A DNA stretch of 64,000 nt from positions 199,710 through 263,709 of the IMG/VR virus record IMGVR_UViG_3300027736_001324, one strand, 5' to 3'. The notes below the pieces were generated by a model. That model did no database searches and was not told the DNA's origin. It saw only the letters and a program-made list of their open reading frames with translations. Each line of letters begins with the position of its first letter. The first letter of the stretch is position 1. A program made the translations under genes and the position numbers. Of the stretch, positions 9,437-19,574 are shown one piece after another.

Positions 9437-9889
9437 ATGAACATCACAAAATTAGGCAAACTCGTGGGCGATTGGAGTAATATCAATGATACTTTACTTC
9501 AACAAATAAGCAATCTATTCAAACTTAGAGATTGTAATATTAATTTGGATATACAAAAACCAAATAAAGTAACCCCTTTCATTAAAGACAACTTAGAACA
9601 TTATAATTTGGATAATCCCTTTACTATTAAAAGAATCTGTATTCATTTAACAGATTGGGAACCGGGGCATTTCTATTGCTTTGACAAAGACATTCATACT
9701 GGATGGAGCGCAGGGGATGTGTATAGTGTTGATTGGCACAAAACTTCTTATGCTAGTGCAAATGCAGGAGCTTCTGATAGAATCATACTACAACTAACTG
9801 GAATAGTATCAGAAGAATCCAATGAATTCTTAGCACGATTAAAAAGATTTGATACATACACCATGGAACTTAAAGAAAGTTCTTGGTAA
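9437..9889 (+). CDS. Cupin/2OG-Fe(II) hydroxylase-like protein, possibly degenerate
   Basis: RICIHLTDWEPGH...WSAGDVY..DW....ASANAG..DRIILQLTG resembles the C-half of Asp/Asn beta-hydroxylase-like phage proteins; the expected distal His appears as Tyr. Confidence 0.45.
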   Translation: MNITKLGKLVGDWSNINDTLLQQISNLFKLRDCNINLDIQKPNKVTPFIKDNLEHYNLDNPFTIKRICIHLTDWEPGHFYCFDKDIHTGWSAGDVYSVDWHKTSYASANAGASDRIILQLTGIVSEESNEFLARLKRFDTYTMELKESSW

Positions 9890-9967
9890 GAACACACCTT
9901 AGGGCCGTGTGGCCGGCTGCTGGCCAACGAATAGGAATCGCTACCCATTTAGTTCGTTAAAGTGAGC
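9890..9967 (+). ncRNA. Candidate structured intergenic RNA or element, unassigned
   Basis: GC-rich island with stems cacac/gtgtg, tggccgg/ctggcca, aacgaa/ttcgtt and possible tcgct/agtga pairing. Confidence 0.3.
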
Positions 9968-9985
9968 ATATTTGATAAATACATA

Positions 9986-10570
9986 ATGCTTACCGAACAC
10001 ATCATTATTGAATCCGCAGCAATTGAATTAGCGAAAAGATTGCCGTCATTAGAAAAACATGACTACAATACCATTGACAAATTGATGCAGGATATCGCTA
10101 GTAAACACCGTATTACTGGTAAAGCATTACATGACTTGTTTGTACATAAATTTAGAAAATCACCTGATGATTGGGTTAAAAGTAAATTAGATGAACAAGA
10201 TAGTGAAACAGACTTCTTAGCAGATAACCCAATAATGCAAAAATTCATTAAATGGGCAAGTCAAAAACTTAATCTTCAATCTACACCCAAATTTGAATTC
10301 AGTTACAATACTGAAGAAGCACAGGCAGGTCATCATACTGGTCGTCATTCCGAAAACGACAATAGCGTTTGGGTATACGTTGCTAATCGTAATATGGTTG
10401 ATATTATGCGTACCGTTTTTCATGAATTGGTTCATGTCCGTCAAGGAGAATTGGGTATGATTAAACCAGGTGACAGTTATCCTGGTAGCCCAATTGAAAT
10501 GCTAGCAGATATGGGTGCGGGCAAATACATGAAAGTATTTGGCAAAGATCATCCAGAAATCTTTCAATAA
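9986..10570 (+). CDS. Zincin-like (HExxH) metallopeptidase domain protein, probable virion cargo
   Basis: RTVFHELVHVRQ with downstream E (PIEMLA); GATAAATA at 9974-9981; N-terminus MLTEHIIIES. Confidence 0.7.
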   Translation: MLTEHIIIESAAIELAKRLPSLEKHDYNTIDKLMQDIASKHRITGKALHDLFVHKFRKSPDDWVKSKLDEQDSETDFLADNPIMQKFIKWASQKLNLQSTPKFEFSYNTEEAQAGHHTGRHSENDNSVWVYVANRNMVDIMRTVFHELVHVRQGELGMIKPGDSYPGSPIEMLADMGAGKYMKVFGKDHPEIFQ

Positions 10571-10596
10571 AATACATTCTATGCTATAATGCATAG

Positions 10597-11205
10597 ATGC
10601 TTAAACTACTCTTTCCATTACCAAAAGATATTGTTGTCGCACTTAGCGGAGGCGTTGACTCTGTTGCTATTACAGATTTCCTTTCTCAAAAACACAATGT
10701 AACTTGTGCTTTCTTCCATCATGGAACAGAGAATAGCGAACGTGCATTAGAATTCGTTGCACACTTCTGTACCGAACGCAATCTTCCACTTATGATTGGG
10801 ATGATTAAAAATAGTAAACCCAAAGAACTCAGCACAGAAGAACATTGGCGTAATGAACGCTATGACTTCTTAGATAGTTTTGGTAATTCATTAGGACCAA
10901 TCATTACTGGTCATCATTTAGATGACTGTGTAGAAACATATGTCTGGTCATCACTTCACGGACAACCAAAAGTTATCCCATCAAAACGAAACAATGTTGT
11001 ACGTCCGTTTCTAACAACAAATAAAAGTGAATTCACTAATTGGTGCAAACGTAAATCTATTGATTGGTGTCACGACAATAGTAACGATGGCACAAAATAT
11101 ATGCGTAACTATGTAAGAACACATCTAATGCCACACGCATTACATATTAACCCAGGCCTGCACACTGTGGTTAAAAAGATTGTAGAAAATAAGCAAAATG
11201 TTTGA
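10597..11205 (+). CDS. tilS: tRNA(Ile)-lysidine synthetase-like PP-loop ATPase (N-terminal domain only)
   Basis: ALSGGVDS PP-loop, RNERY, TGHHLDD.VET, VRPFL, D.SN...Y.RNYVR. Confidence 0.88.
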   Translation: MLKLLFPLPKDIVVALSGGVDSVAITDFLSQKHNVTCAFFHHGTENSERALEFVAHFCTERNLPLMIGMIKNSKPKELSTEEHWRNERYDFLDSFGNSLGPIITGHHLDDCVETYVWSSLHGQPKVIPSKRNNVVRPFLTTNKSEFTNWCKRKSIDWCHDNSNDGTKYMRNYVRTHLMPHALHINPGLHTVVKKIVENKQNV

Positions 11206-11230
11206 CTTTTCTACACAAGGCATGTATACT
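11202..11230 (+). promoter_or_regulatory. Sigma70-type promoter of the replication operon
   Basis: TTGACT-17 bp-TATACT upstream of an AAGGAG RBS and the ATG at 11254. Confidence 0.75.
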
Positions 11231-11253
11231 AATTACTTTAACAAGGAGAAACT

Positions 11254-11511
11254 ATGAGTAAAATGTTTACTGGAGAGCAAAAGATTAAGTTGACTCAACT
11301 TATCAACGAGGGCATGGTAGTCCTACATGAAATCGATACCCTACGTGAGGGGCTAAGTGATACTGTGAAGGCTATCGCAGAAGAACTGGATGTAAAGCCG
11401 GGGATTCTTAAGAAGGCAATATCTGTTGCACACAAAGCAAGTCTTGGTCAAACAAATGCTGACCACGAGGAATTAAATACTATCCTTGAGACAGTGGGTA
11501 AAACAATTTGA
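11254..11511 (+). CDS. T4 DsbA/GapR-like dsDNA-binding protein
   Basis: 85 aa helical protein, pattern similar to T4 DsbA (A.EEL.V....KK.I..AHK); directly upstream of the polymerase. Confidence 0.65.
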   Translation: MSKMFTGEQKIKLTQLINEGMVVLHEIDTLREGLSDTVKAIAEELDVKPGILKKAISVAHKASLGQTNADHEELNTILETVGKTI

Positions 11512-14213
11512 GTTACGTGGATGCGGTTCATTCTAGGGATGACGATAGAATTTTTGTAGTTGAACGAGACCAGAACGGAAAGCGTCAATACAAAGAATAT
11601 CCCACAAACTATGTACTCTACTATCCCGATCATAAGGGAAAGTATCGCAGTATATACGGTGACCCTGTAAATCGTTTCAGTACACGCAAACGACAAGAGT
11701 TTGAAAAAGAACGCAGAATTCATTCAGGTAAGAAATTATTTGAAAGCGATGTGCCAGTAGTGTTTCGCTGCCTTAGTGAAAACTATCTTAAGGCAGACGT
11801 TCCTAAACTACATACATGCTTCTTTGACATTGAGGTAGACTTTGATCCTGAGAAGGGTTTCAGTCCTACAACTGATCCATTCAATCCAGTTACTGCTATC
11901 TCATTGTATTTAGATTGGCAAGATACATTGGTTACATTGGTCATTGCTCCCAAGCATATGTCACCAGAGACAGCACAGGAAATATGTAATGAGTTTAATA
12001 ATTGTATGCTTTTCACTAATGAAAAGGATATGTTTGATGTTTTCTTTCAACTCATTGAAGATGCTGATGTAATGACTGGCTGGAATTCTGAAGGATACGA
12101 CATACCTTACATGGTTAATCGTGTCACAAGAGTAATGAGTAAGGATGACACACGCAAGTTTTGCTTGATGGGTCAACTTCCTAAGCCAAGAGAGTACGAA
12201 AGATTTGGCAAAAGTGAAACTACATACGACTTAGTAGGTCGTATTCACATGGACTATTTGCAACTCTACAAGAAATACAACTATGAATCACGACATTCAT
12301 ATAAGTTAGATGCTATTGGTGAGATGGAAGTAGGTGAGAACAAAACTCAATATGAAGGTACACTTGATCAGTTGTATAACAAAGACTTTAAAAAGTTTAT
12401 TGAATACAATAGACAAGATACCGTGCTGTTAGTGAAGATCCACAACAAACTCAAATTCTTAGAACTTGCTAATCAATTGGCGCATGAGAACACAGTACTG
12501 CTTCCAACAGTAATGGGTTCTGTAGCAATGATTGAAATGGCAATTTTTAATGAAGCCCACGAACGTGGATTAGTAGTGCCAGACAAAAAAAGAAGGAATG
12601 AAAATGCAGAAGAAACAACGCCAGCAGCAGGTGCCTTCGTTGCTACGCCGAAAAGAGGTATGCACGAATACGTCGGAGCAGTTGACATTAACTCGCTCTA
12701 TCCCTCGGTTATTCGTAGCCTCAACATGGCAGGAGAAACCATTATTGGTCAAGTCCGTCAGACATTAACTGACAAATATATGCTTGACAAAGGCAAGCAA
12801 CTTGCTAGCCTTAAGAAGCGTTTCAAAGAAGGCGACGATGACGTTACTGGTGCTATTCTATGGGAAAACTTGTTTGGTGTATTAGAATACACATCAATTA
12901 TGAATCAAGAACGTGGCACAATTCTTACTATAGATTACGAAGATGGTCGTAGTGAGGAATATAGTGCCGCTGAAATATGGAAGATGATCTTTGATAGCAA
13001 TCGCCCATGGATGCTCTCTGCTAATGGTACTATCTTTACTTACGAAAAAGAGGGCGTAGTTCCAGGACTATTGTCTCGCTGGTACTCAGATCGTAAAGTA
13101 ATGCAGAAGAAACTTAAAGAATCTACTACTGATGAAGATAGAGACTACTGGGATAAGCGTCAACTTGTTCGTAAGATTTTGTTGAACTCGGCGTATGGCG
13201 CACTATTGAACGAACATTGTAGATTCTATGACAAACGTATCGGTCAAAGTGTTACACTAAGTGGTCGTCAGATTGTTAAACATATGATGAGTACCATCAA
13301 TGAAACAGTTACTGGTGATTATAACCATGAAGGCCCTGCAATTGTGTATGGTGATACTGACTCCTGTTACTTTACCGCGTATCCCATTCTCAATTCGCAA
13401 ATAGCAAACGGTGATATTAAATGGGATAAAGAAAACTGTATCACATTGTATGATGGTATTGCTGACCAAGCAAACGAATCATTCCCTGCATTCATGGAAA
13501 AAGCATTTCATGCTCCAAGAAAGAATGGCGCAATCATTAAAGCTGGTCGTGAATTGATCGGTGATCGTGCTATCTTTATCACAAAGAAACGCTATGCTAT
13601 CAATATCTTTGATAAAGAGGGTAAGCGTAAAGATACAAACGGTAAAAACGGTGATATCAAAGCAATGGGTCTTGACTTGAAACGTGCTGATACTCCTAAA
13701 TACATTCAAGAATTCTTAATGGATGTACTTACTAAGGTCCTCGCTGGTGAGCAACGTGATAAAGTTATTGAAATGGTTAAAGAATTCAAAACTAAACTAT
13801 CTGAACAAGATAGTTGGACAAAGGGTAGCCCAAAGAGTGTTAATAACTTAACTAAGCACACTATTGAATTTGAAAAGACTGGTAAGTGTGGTGTGGGTCA
13901 TGCAAGAGCAGCAATTAACTGGAACTATCTACGCAGAGTATACGGTGACAACTATAGCCAAAAGATTATAGATGGCATGAAGATTGTGGTGTGTAAACTC
14001 AAAGATAACGCATTGGGTTTCACTAGTATTGCATATCCAGTAGATGAATTGAGATTGCCAACATGGTTCAAAGAATTACCATTTGATGATTTACTAATGG
14101 AATCAACATTGGTGGATGAAAAGATTGACAACTTACTTGGTGTATTAGATTGGGATATCAGAAGCAATACAGATGTTAACTCAATGTTTGATGAACTATT
14201 CACATTCGGTTAA
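11508..14213 (+). CDS. Family B DNA polymerase (T4 gp43-like)
   Basis: Exo FFDIEVD; DINSLYPS; KILLNSAYG; YGDTDS; KKRY; C-terminal SMFDELFTFG clamp motif. TTG start; no intein apparent. Confidence 0.97.
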   Translation: MSYVDAVHSRDDDRIFVVERDQNGKRQYKEYPTNYVLYYPDHKGKYRSIYGDPVNRFSTRKRQEFEKERRIHSGKKLFESDVPVVFRCLSENYLKADVPKLHTCFFDIEVDFDPEKGFSPTTDPFNPVTAISLYLDWQDTLVTLVIAPKHMSPETAQEICNEFNNCMLFTNEKDMFDVFFQLIEDADVMTGWNSEGYDIPYMVNRVTRVMSKDDTRKFCLMGQLPKPREYERFGKSETTYDLVGRIHMDYLQLYKKYNYESRHSYKLDAIGEMEVGENKTQYEGTLDQLYNKDFKKFIEYNRQDTVLLVKIHNKLKFLELANQLAHENTVLLPTVMGSVAMIEMAIFNEAHERGLVVPDKKRRNENAEETTPAAGAFVATPKRGMHEYVGAVDINSLYPSVIRSLNMAGETIIGQVRQTLTDKYMLDKGKQLASLKKRFKEGDDDVTGAILWENLFGVLEYTSIMNQERGTILTIDYEDGRSEEYSAAEIWKMIFDSNRPWMLSANGTIFTYEKEGVVPGLLSRWYSDRKVMQKKLKESTTDEDRDYWDKRQLVRKILLNSAYGALLNEHCRFYDKRIGQSVTLSGRQIVKHMMSTINETVTGDYNHEGPAIVYGDTDSCYFTAYPILNSQIANGDIKWDKENCITLYDGIADQANESFPAFMEKAFHAPRKNGAIIKAGRELIGDRAIFITKKRYAINIFDKEGKRKDTNGKNGDIKAMGLDLKRADTPKYIQEFLMDVLTKVLAGEQRDKVIEMVKEFKTKLSEQDSWTKGSPKSVNNLTKHTIEFEKTGKCGVGHARAAINWNYLRRVYGDNYSQKIIDGMKIVVCKLKDNALGFTSIAYPVDELRLPTWFKELPFDDLLMESTLVDEKIDNLLGVLDWDIRSNTDVNSMFDELFTFG

Positions 14214-14220
14214 ACTGGTG

Positions 14221-14249
14221 TTGACTATCGCAATATATTCCATTATAAT
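14221..14249 (+). promoter_or_regulatory. Sigma70-type promoter
   Basis: TTGACT-17 bp-TATAAT upstream of the AAGGAA RBS of 14292. Confidence 0.75.
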
Positions 14250-14291
14250 ACGTGATAGGAACTCCTAAATATTTTAAACAAAGGAAACAAA

Positions 14292-15023
14292 ATGAAAGAT
14301 TATTTAAAAGACTTAATTGACCATACTCTTGGTCTTGGCACTATTGAACTTATTAAGGTCACTGGTACAGATACTGTAACTGCAATCAATGCAGTAGCAG
14401 AAAACAAAAGTGTTATCATTAGTGGTACATTCAAAGACCCGATCGCCGACTTCATTGGTGTATTCGGTATGCCTAACTTGAACAAACTCAAAACAATTAT
14501 TGGGTTTGATGAATATGATGAAACATCTAAAATCAATGTTGTTCGTACTCAACGTGATGGTGTAGATGTGCCGTCTACTATTCACTTTGAAACAAAGACT
14601 GGAGACTTTATTAACGATTATCGTCTTATGCTTAAAAGCGTAGTTGATGAAAAAGTTAAGAGTGTATCATTCAAGGGTGCTAAGTGGAATGTTGAATTTG
14701 AGCCTACAGTTGCTGGTATTCAACGGCTTAAGAAGCAAGCACAAGCAAACAGTGAAGAAGAACATTTTGTGTTCAAAACTGATGGTAGTGATTTGAAAGT
14801 ATTCTTTGGTGATGCGTCAACACACAGTGGTAACTTTGTATTCAACACTCCAGTAACTGGCACACTAGCTGGTACACACAAGTGGCCTGTTAAAGAATTC
14901 TTGAGTATCATGGATCTAGTTGGTGACAAGACAGTAAAGATTAGTGAACAAGGTGCGACTGAAATCACAGTTAATAGTGGTATCGCAACTTATGTTTACT
15001 TATTGCCAGCTAATAAGAAATGA
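14292..15023 (+). CDS. Probable DNA polymerase sliding clamp (gp45/PCNA-like)
   Basis: 243 aa two-domain beta-rich pattern (FGMPNLNKLKTII...), immediately after the polymerase. Confidence 0.7.
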   Translation: MKDYLKDLIDHTLGLGTIELIKVTGTDTVTAINAVAENKSVIISGTFKDPIADFIGVFGMPNLNKLKTIIGFDEYDETSKINVVRTQRDGVDVPSTIHFETKTGDFINDYRLMLKSVVDEKVKSVSFKGAKWNVEFEPTVAGIQRLKKQAQANSEEEHFVFKTDGSDLKVFFGDASTHSGNFVFNTPVTGTLAGTHKWPVKEFLSIMDLVGDKTVKISEQGATEITVNSGIATYVYLLPANKK

Positions 15024-15397
15024 TCAAGAACATTTCTAGTTCCGGTAAGTACATAAATGTAATTGGTGAATCTGTTGCCAATTACATTAATAATTATTCA
15101 GGGGCGCAAGGTGTCGGCAATATAAGATTCAATACAGTTAATCAAAGTATGGAAGTGTATGACGGTAATGGTTGGATACTACTTCAGATGGGACACGTTA
15201 ATGTAGGGCTAAATGCTGAAGCAGAATCAATACTTGATTGGGCTAAAAAGAAGCGTGATGAAGAAATAGAAATTGATTTATTAGCTGCGGCCAATCCCAC
15301 TGTCAAAAATTTACTTGAGCAAATAAAAGAAAAAGAAGACCAAATACAAATGGTCATGACCTTGATTAAGAAAGAAGTTTCAATTGAAACAAGATAA
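15020..15397 (+). CDS. Hypothetical protein
   Basis: 125 aa ORF overlapping both neighbours; coiled-coil C-terminus. Confidence 0.7.
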   Translation: MIKNISSSGKYINVIGESVANYINNYSGAQGVGNIRFNTVNQSMEVYDGNGWILLQMGHVNVGLNAEAESILDWAKKKRDEEIEIDLLAAANPTVKNLLEQIKEKEDQIQMVMTLIKKEVSIETR

Positions 15398-16925
15398 TCT
15401 ATCACAAAAACATAACCCAGACTGGGCATTATTTTTACCCGCAGTAAGTAGTTTTTATATTGCTGGCTTGGGTAAACAACGCAAGGGTGAACAGTACTTT
15501 GATGCTGCACGTATCCCTGTAAGTTTCAATGGTGATGTTGAGAAACTAAACTTTCTTAATAGCAAAGAAGGTCTTTACTATTACAAGTGGGGATTGTACA
15601 GTGCTGGTCATGCTAACTTAGATACTACAGTTGATGATCCAAGTGAATCTATCATACGTGAACGTGAAGAAGGTACATTCATGTTGGGTGATAGTGGTGG
15701 ATTTCAGATTTTAAAAGGTCAATGGCCCGCAGACTGGAAAGATCCTAACTGTCCACGTGCCATGGTAAAGCGTAAAGCAGTATTGAAGTGGATGGACACA
15801 TACATGGACTATGGTATGTGCTTAGATATTCCTTCTCAATCATTAACTACGTTTGGCATGAAAGATAAGAATGGTAATAGCCTGCATGGTATCAGTACTA
15901 TTGAAGAAGCAATATCTGCCACACATATTAATAACGAATACTTTATAAATAATCGCTCAGGGAAATGTAAGTTTTTAAATGTGTTGCAAGGTCGCAATCA
16001 TACTCAAAGTGATGATTGGTATGAGGAGATGAAGAAGTACTGTGATCCAAACATCTATCCAGACAATCATTTTAATGGTTGGGCATTTGGTGGTCAGAAC
16101 AAGATTGACATTCATTTGACCTTGCGTAGATTGGTTGGTATTATCCATGATGGATTACTACAAGAAGGCAAGCACGACTTGATTCATTGTTTGGGTACAA
16201 GTATATTGGAGTATGCTGTATTGTTTACTGATATTCAAAAAGCTATACGTAAGTATCACAATCCAAATCTACAAATTACATTTGATTGTGCTAGTCCATT
16301 CTTTAGTGCTGCTAAGGGTCTTGCTTATTTCAATACAACTATTGAGCATAACAAGAAATGGTCTTATCAAATGGAAAAGACTGCTGAAAAGAAAAGTTAT
16401 GCTAATGATATGCGTAAATATCGTGATGCTGTATTGGCTGATGGTGTACATAAATCATTTACTGATAGTCCGGTAACTGATGCATTAGTAATGAAAGATA
16501 TGTGTTATCGTGGTGTGGGCTTCTTAGGACAGCACGGTAAAGAAACTAAAACAAGCTGGGATACACTAAGCTACACATTGATTCAAAGTCATAATGTTTG
16601 GATGCACATGAATGCGGTACAAGAGGCTAATCGTCAATATGAAACAGGTGTAGTTCCAAAGATGTTGGTGCATAAGTTTGAAGGTGATAACTTCTTTGGC
16701 AATATTATTGATGAAATCTTTTCTAAAAAAACAAAGCAAGAGTCATTAGAGTTGATTGATTATCATAGTAGTTATTGGAAACAATTCCAATCAGGTAGTC
16801 AGGGTATTAGCGGTAAGAAAACGGTTAATGCTATGAGTATGTTTGAAGAATTGTTTACAGTAGATGAAGAACCAATTGAGGAAATAGAAGATAGCGATGA
16901 AGCTATGTCATTAGTTTTGGAGTAA
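15384..16925 (+). CDS. dpdA: DpdA-like 7-deazaguanine DNA transglycosylase (TGT fold)
   Basis: LGDSGGFQ TGT motif, CLDIP, GWAFGG, IHCLG; co-located with folE/queD/queE; no CxCxxC Zn site seen. Confidence 0.85.
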   Translation: MKQDNLSQKHNPDWALFLPAVSSFYIAGLGKQRKGEQYFDAARIPVSFNGDVEKLNFLNSKEGLYYYKWGLYSAGHANLDTTVDDPSESIIREREEGTFMLGDSGGFQILKGQWPADWKDPNCPRAMVKRKAVLKWMDTYMDYGMCLDIPSQSLTTFGMKDKNGNSLHGISTIEEAISATHINNEYFINNRSGKCKFLNVLQGRNHTQSDDWYEEMKKYCDPNIYPDNHFNGWAFGGQNKIDIHLTLRRLVGIIHDGLLQEGKHDLIHCLGTSILEYAVLFTDIQKAIRKYHNPNLQITFDCASPFFSAAKGLAYFNTTIEHNKKWSYQMEKTAEKKSYANDMRKYRDAVLADGVHKSFTDSPVTDALVMKDMCYRGVGFLGQHGKETKTSWDTLSYTLIQSHNVWMHMNAVQEANRQYETGVVPKMLVHKFEGDNFFGNIIDEIFSKKTKQESLELIDYHSSYWKQFQSGSQGISGKKTVNAMSMFEELFTVDEEPIEEIEDSDEAMSLVLE

Positions 16926-16929
16926 TAAT

Positions 16930-17139
16930 ATGTATAAACAACGAATTGCTAAACTACAACAGAGGGCCATAGACCTTGATAAAGAAATCTTGAAGGCAGA
17001 AAAGGATACTAACTTTAACAAAGACGCCCTTAAAGCTATGCTGATAGACAGAAATGATGTATACTCTGAGATAAGAAGATATACAAAACTTCAATGGGAT
17101 GAAGACCACGAAAGTGTTAATTTTGAGGATGATAGATAA
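16930..17139 (+). CDS. Hypothetical coiled-coil protein
   Basis: 69 aa ORF in operon. Confidence 0.7.
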   Translation: MYKQRIAKLQQRAIDLDKEILKAEKDTNFNKDALKAMLIDRNDVYSEIRRYTKLQWDEDHESVNFEDDR

Positions 17140-17591
17140 TGGAACAACAAGAACAAGCTGATATGGAAAAGCGTCAACGCATTAAAGATAAAGCATTTCG
17201 TACAATCTTTGTACGATTTCAAAAAGAAGGTATTCATAAATACCCCGCAGCAGCAACAGACCCGTCACTTGCTACAGGTGATGAGTATGATGTTAGCTTT
17301 TTAGCAACTCCACATCGTCACATATTTCATTTTGAAGTGACAATTGAAGTATTTCACAACGACCGTGATATTGAGTTTATTCAATTCAAACGATGGTTAG
17401 AGAATCAATATTCTCAAGGAATCTTAGCATTGGATTACAAAAGTTGTGAAATGATTAGCGATGACCTTTATGAAGTTATTGCAACTCGGTATCCAAATCG
17501 TAATATCAAAATCAAAGTCTCTGAAGATGATGAGAATGGTGCTACGATTTCTTATAACAGAACTCAACCTTATCGTAACCTCGCTATTTAA
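17139..17591 (+). CDS. dpdL: DpdL-like QueD paralogue (T-fold; proposed CDG decarboxylase family)
   Basis: LATPHRHIF matches the LxxxHRHxF signature as I recall it; EGIH, SCEMI, VSEDDENG. Confidence 0.78.
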   Translation: MEQQEQADMEKRQRIKDKAFRTIFVRFQKEGIHKYPAAATDPSLATGDEYDVSFLATPHRHIFHFEVTIEVFHNDRDIEFIQFKRWLENQYSQGILALDYKSCEMISDDLYEVIATRYPNRNIKIKVSEDDENGATISYNRTQPYRNLAI

Positions 17592-17603
17592 AGGAAATAT
17601 AAA

Positions 17604-17810
17604 ATGGCAAAACAAACTTTTCAATCAAACCCACGTGTTACTCAAATCTTTGAGGACCTAGAAAAATATCTAGAATTCTGCGTGGATTACGGTTATAAAT
17701 ACAATGAAGCAGAACTCTATGATCAACGGAGTTATGTATATCGTCAGTATAGTAAATTTGCTACAGGCAAATTTGCTAAAGATCAATGGCAGGAAAACGC
17801 TCGTCCATAA
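17604..17810 (+). CDS. Hypothetical protein
   Basis: 68 aa ORF with AAGGA RBS. Confidence 0.7.
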   Translation: MAKQTFQSNPRVTQIFEDLEKYLEFCVDYGYKYNEAELYDQRSYVYRQYSKFATGKFAKDQWQENARP

Positions 17811-17814
17811 TGTT

Positions 17815-18393
17815 ATGATTAACCACCCCGTTAATAATTCTGACTTATCAGTTTATGAATATGATTTGCTACCGGAGTTTGACTTCACTAAGTTGGCTAG
17901 TTATATAAACGAATACAAAGAACAATATCCTAAAAATTATTATACTGATGGATATTGGGACGGGGGTAATTGGTGGCATTCAGACTATATTGTACATTAT
18001 CAAACTGATAAATTTAACGACTTAATAGCAAATATAGAAGAAAAGGCAACATCTATAATGCCCTCACAGAATATAAATGTTAGTTTGGAAGTGAAAGAGT
18101 CATGGATAATTGATTATAAAAGATTAAGTTTTCACAAAGAACATGATCACAGTCCAATTGGATTTAGTGCAGTATGTTATATAGATACAGTTTATGCATC
18201 TGATATTTGGTTTAACAAAACTAAAATAACACCTGAAACCGGGAAGTTAATAATATTTCCCGGCTCACTAAAACACAAAGTTAGCCCAATGACAAATTCA
18301 AATGGACATAGATTGATAATGGCTTTTAATTTATTTCCGAAAATAAACTATGACAAGCTAAACAAATATATAGATGATATAAAAAATGCGTAA
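17815..18393 (+). CDS. 2OG-Fe(II) oxygenase family protein
   Basis: HKEHDH, FSAVCYI, PETGKLIIFPGSLKHKV, RLIMAFN; start placed at ATG 17815 after the upstream stop. Confidence 0.8.
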   Translation: MINHPVNNSDLSVYEYDLLPEFDFTKLASYINEYKEQYPKNYYTDGYWDGGNWWHSDYIVHYQTDKFNDLIANIEEKATSIMPSQNINVSLEVKESWIIDYKRLSFHKEHDHSPIGFSAVCYIDTVYASDIWFNKTKITPETGKLIIFPGSLKHKVSPMTNSNGHRLIMAFNLFPKINYDKLNKYIDDIKNA

Positions 18394-19573
18394 ACTATTT
18401 TACATGGGTCTTGAACCCTACAAAGCAAGGTATACTCTACAGTTACAAGACTGGAATACTACTGTGTTTGATAAAAGAGGCATCAACTATGTTGTAGTCT
18501 CTGGTGAAACACTAAGTAATGATCAAGCAATTGTGACAGGTCAAGTATTAGATGCACATGGTCGTACATATTTTGGTATGTCACAATTGATGAATCTAAT
18601 CAAAATGATGAAACAAGGAGAATTAAATAATGAAGATGTTATCTACTTTGAGGACATGTTTCAACCCGGTATTGAAAGCCTTCCTTATATCCTCAATCAA
18701 ATCGATGCTAGTCACCGGCCTCGTATTTTTGTTCGCTGTCTTGCCCAGTCTATTGATCCTGACGATTTTGTTCATGTGTGGAATATGCAAGAGTTTATGG
18801 GTCATTATGAAAAGATGGTGGACTCATTTGTGGATGGAGTACTCGCAACTAATGAAGAAATGGTAATGCATATGAAGATTGCAGGTTGGAAGGCACCAAT
18901 CTACAATATCAGTGGGTTAGCATTTGGCAAGAGTGAAGTGCAAGGTCGTGTCGCAAGTATCAAACCATTCAATGAACGCAAGAACCGTGTAGTATTTTCT
19001 GCACGATGGGATCAGGAGAAACAACCTGATTTCTATATGGATTTAATTGAGCAATGGTACAGCAAAGAAAATCCAAATCATCCTATAAGTAGTATTGAAT
19101 TCTGTGTATGTAGTGGTGGCAAATTAAAATCCAATAGCGACAGTTATATGCAACGAACTCGTGACATGCAATCACGCGGGTTATTGAAAGTTTATGAGGA
19201 TCTAGAAAAGAATGACTACTACAACATTGTTAATGATAGTCGGGTTGTATTTAACTGTGCGTTACAGGACTGGGTTTCAAACACAGTCAGTGAGGCTGAT
19301 GCTCTCGGATGTAATGTTCTCTATCCTGCTTATCGCAGTTTCCCTGAAACTTTCGCTAACGATCCTGAACGTTTGTATATTCCTTGGTCTATTGATAATG
19401 CTATTGGTAAGTTGCGTCGGCTATTACAAGAGCCTCATAAGAATATGGGAAAGATAAGTGACCGAAACGATAGCACAGTAGATAGAATCTGTGATATACT
19501 TGAAGGCAAGGGCGAGTCTATGCTACGAATGGGTGTAGACTATCGTAAATATACTAGAGAAAGCAAATACTGA
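18386..19573 (+). CDS. GT-B fold glycosyltransferase
   Basis: VFSARWDQEKQP, QDWVSNTVSEADALGCNVLYP..RSFPE (GT4-like donor-binding region). Confidence 0.82.
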   Translation: MRKLFYMGLEPYKARYTLQLQDWNTTVFDKRGINYVVVSGETLSNDQAIVTGQVLDAHGRTYFGMSQLMNLIKMMKQGELNNEDVIYFEDMFQPGIESLPYILNQIDASHRPRIFVRCLAQSIDPDDFVHVWNMQEFMGHYEKMVDSFVDGVLATNEEMVMHMKIAGWKAPIYNISGLAFGKSEVQGRVASIKPFNERKNRVVFSARWDQEKQPDFYMDLIEQWYSKENPNHPISSIEFCVCSGGKLKSNSDSYMQRTRDMQSRGLLKVYEDLEKNDYYNIVNDSRVVFNCALQDWVSNTVSEADALGCNVLYPAYRSFPETFANDPERLYIPWSIDNAIGKLRRLLQEPHKNMGKISDRNDSTVDRICDILEGKGESMLRMGVDYRKYTRESKY

Positions 19574-19574
19574 T

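Noticed and set aside
9893-9911. cacacc-TTAGGGCC-gtgtg resembles the P1/loop of pistol ribozymes
   Set aside because: The following UAAAU and the CCCUAA pseudoknot partner are missing. Hammerhead, twister and HDV cores could not be fitted either.
11508-14213. Intein or intron in the DNA polymerase
   Set aside because: All motifs are colinear in 901 aa, with no C/S...HN splice signature or LAGLIDADG motif.
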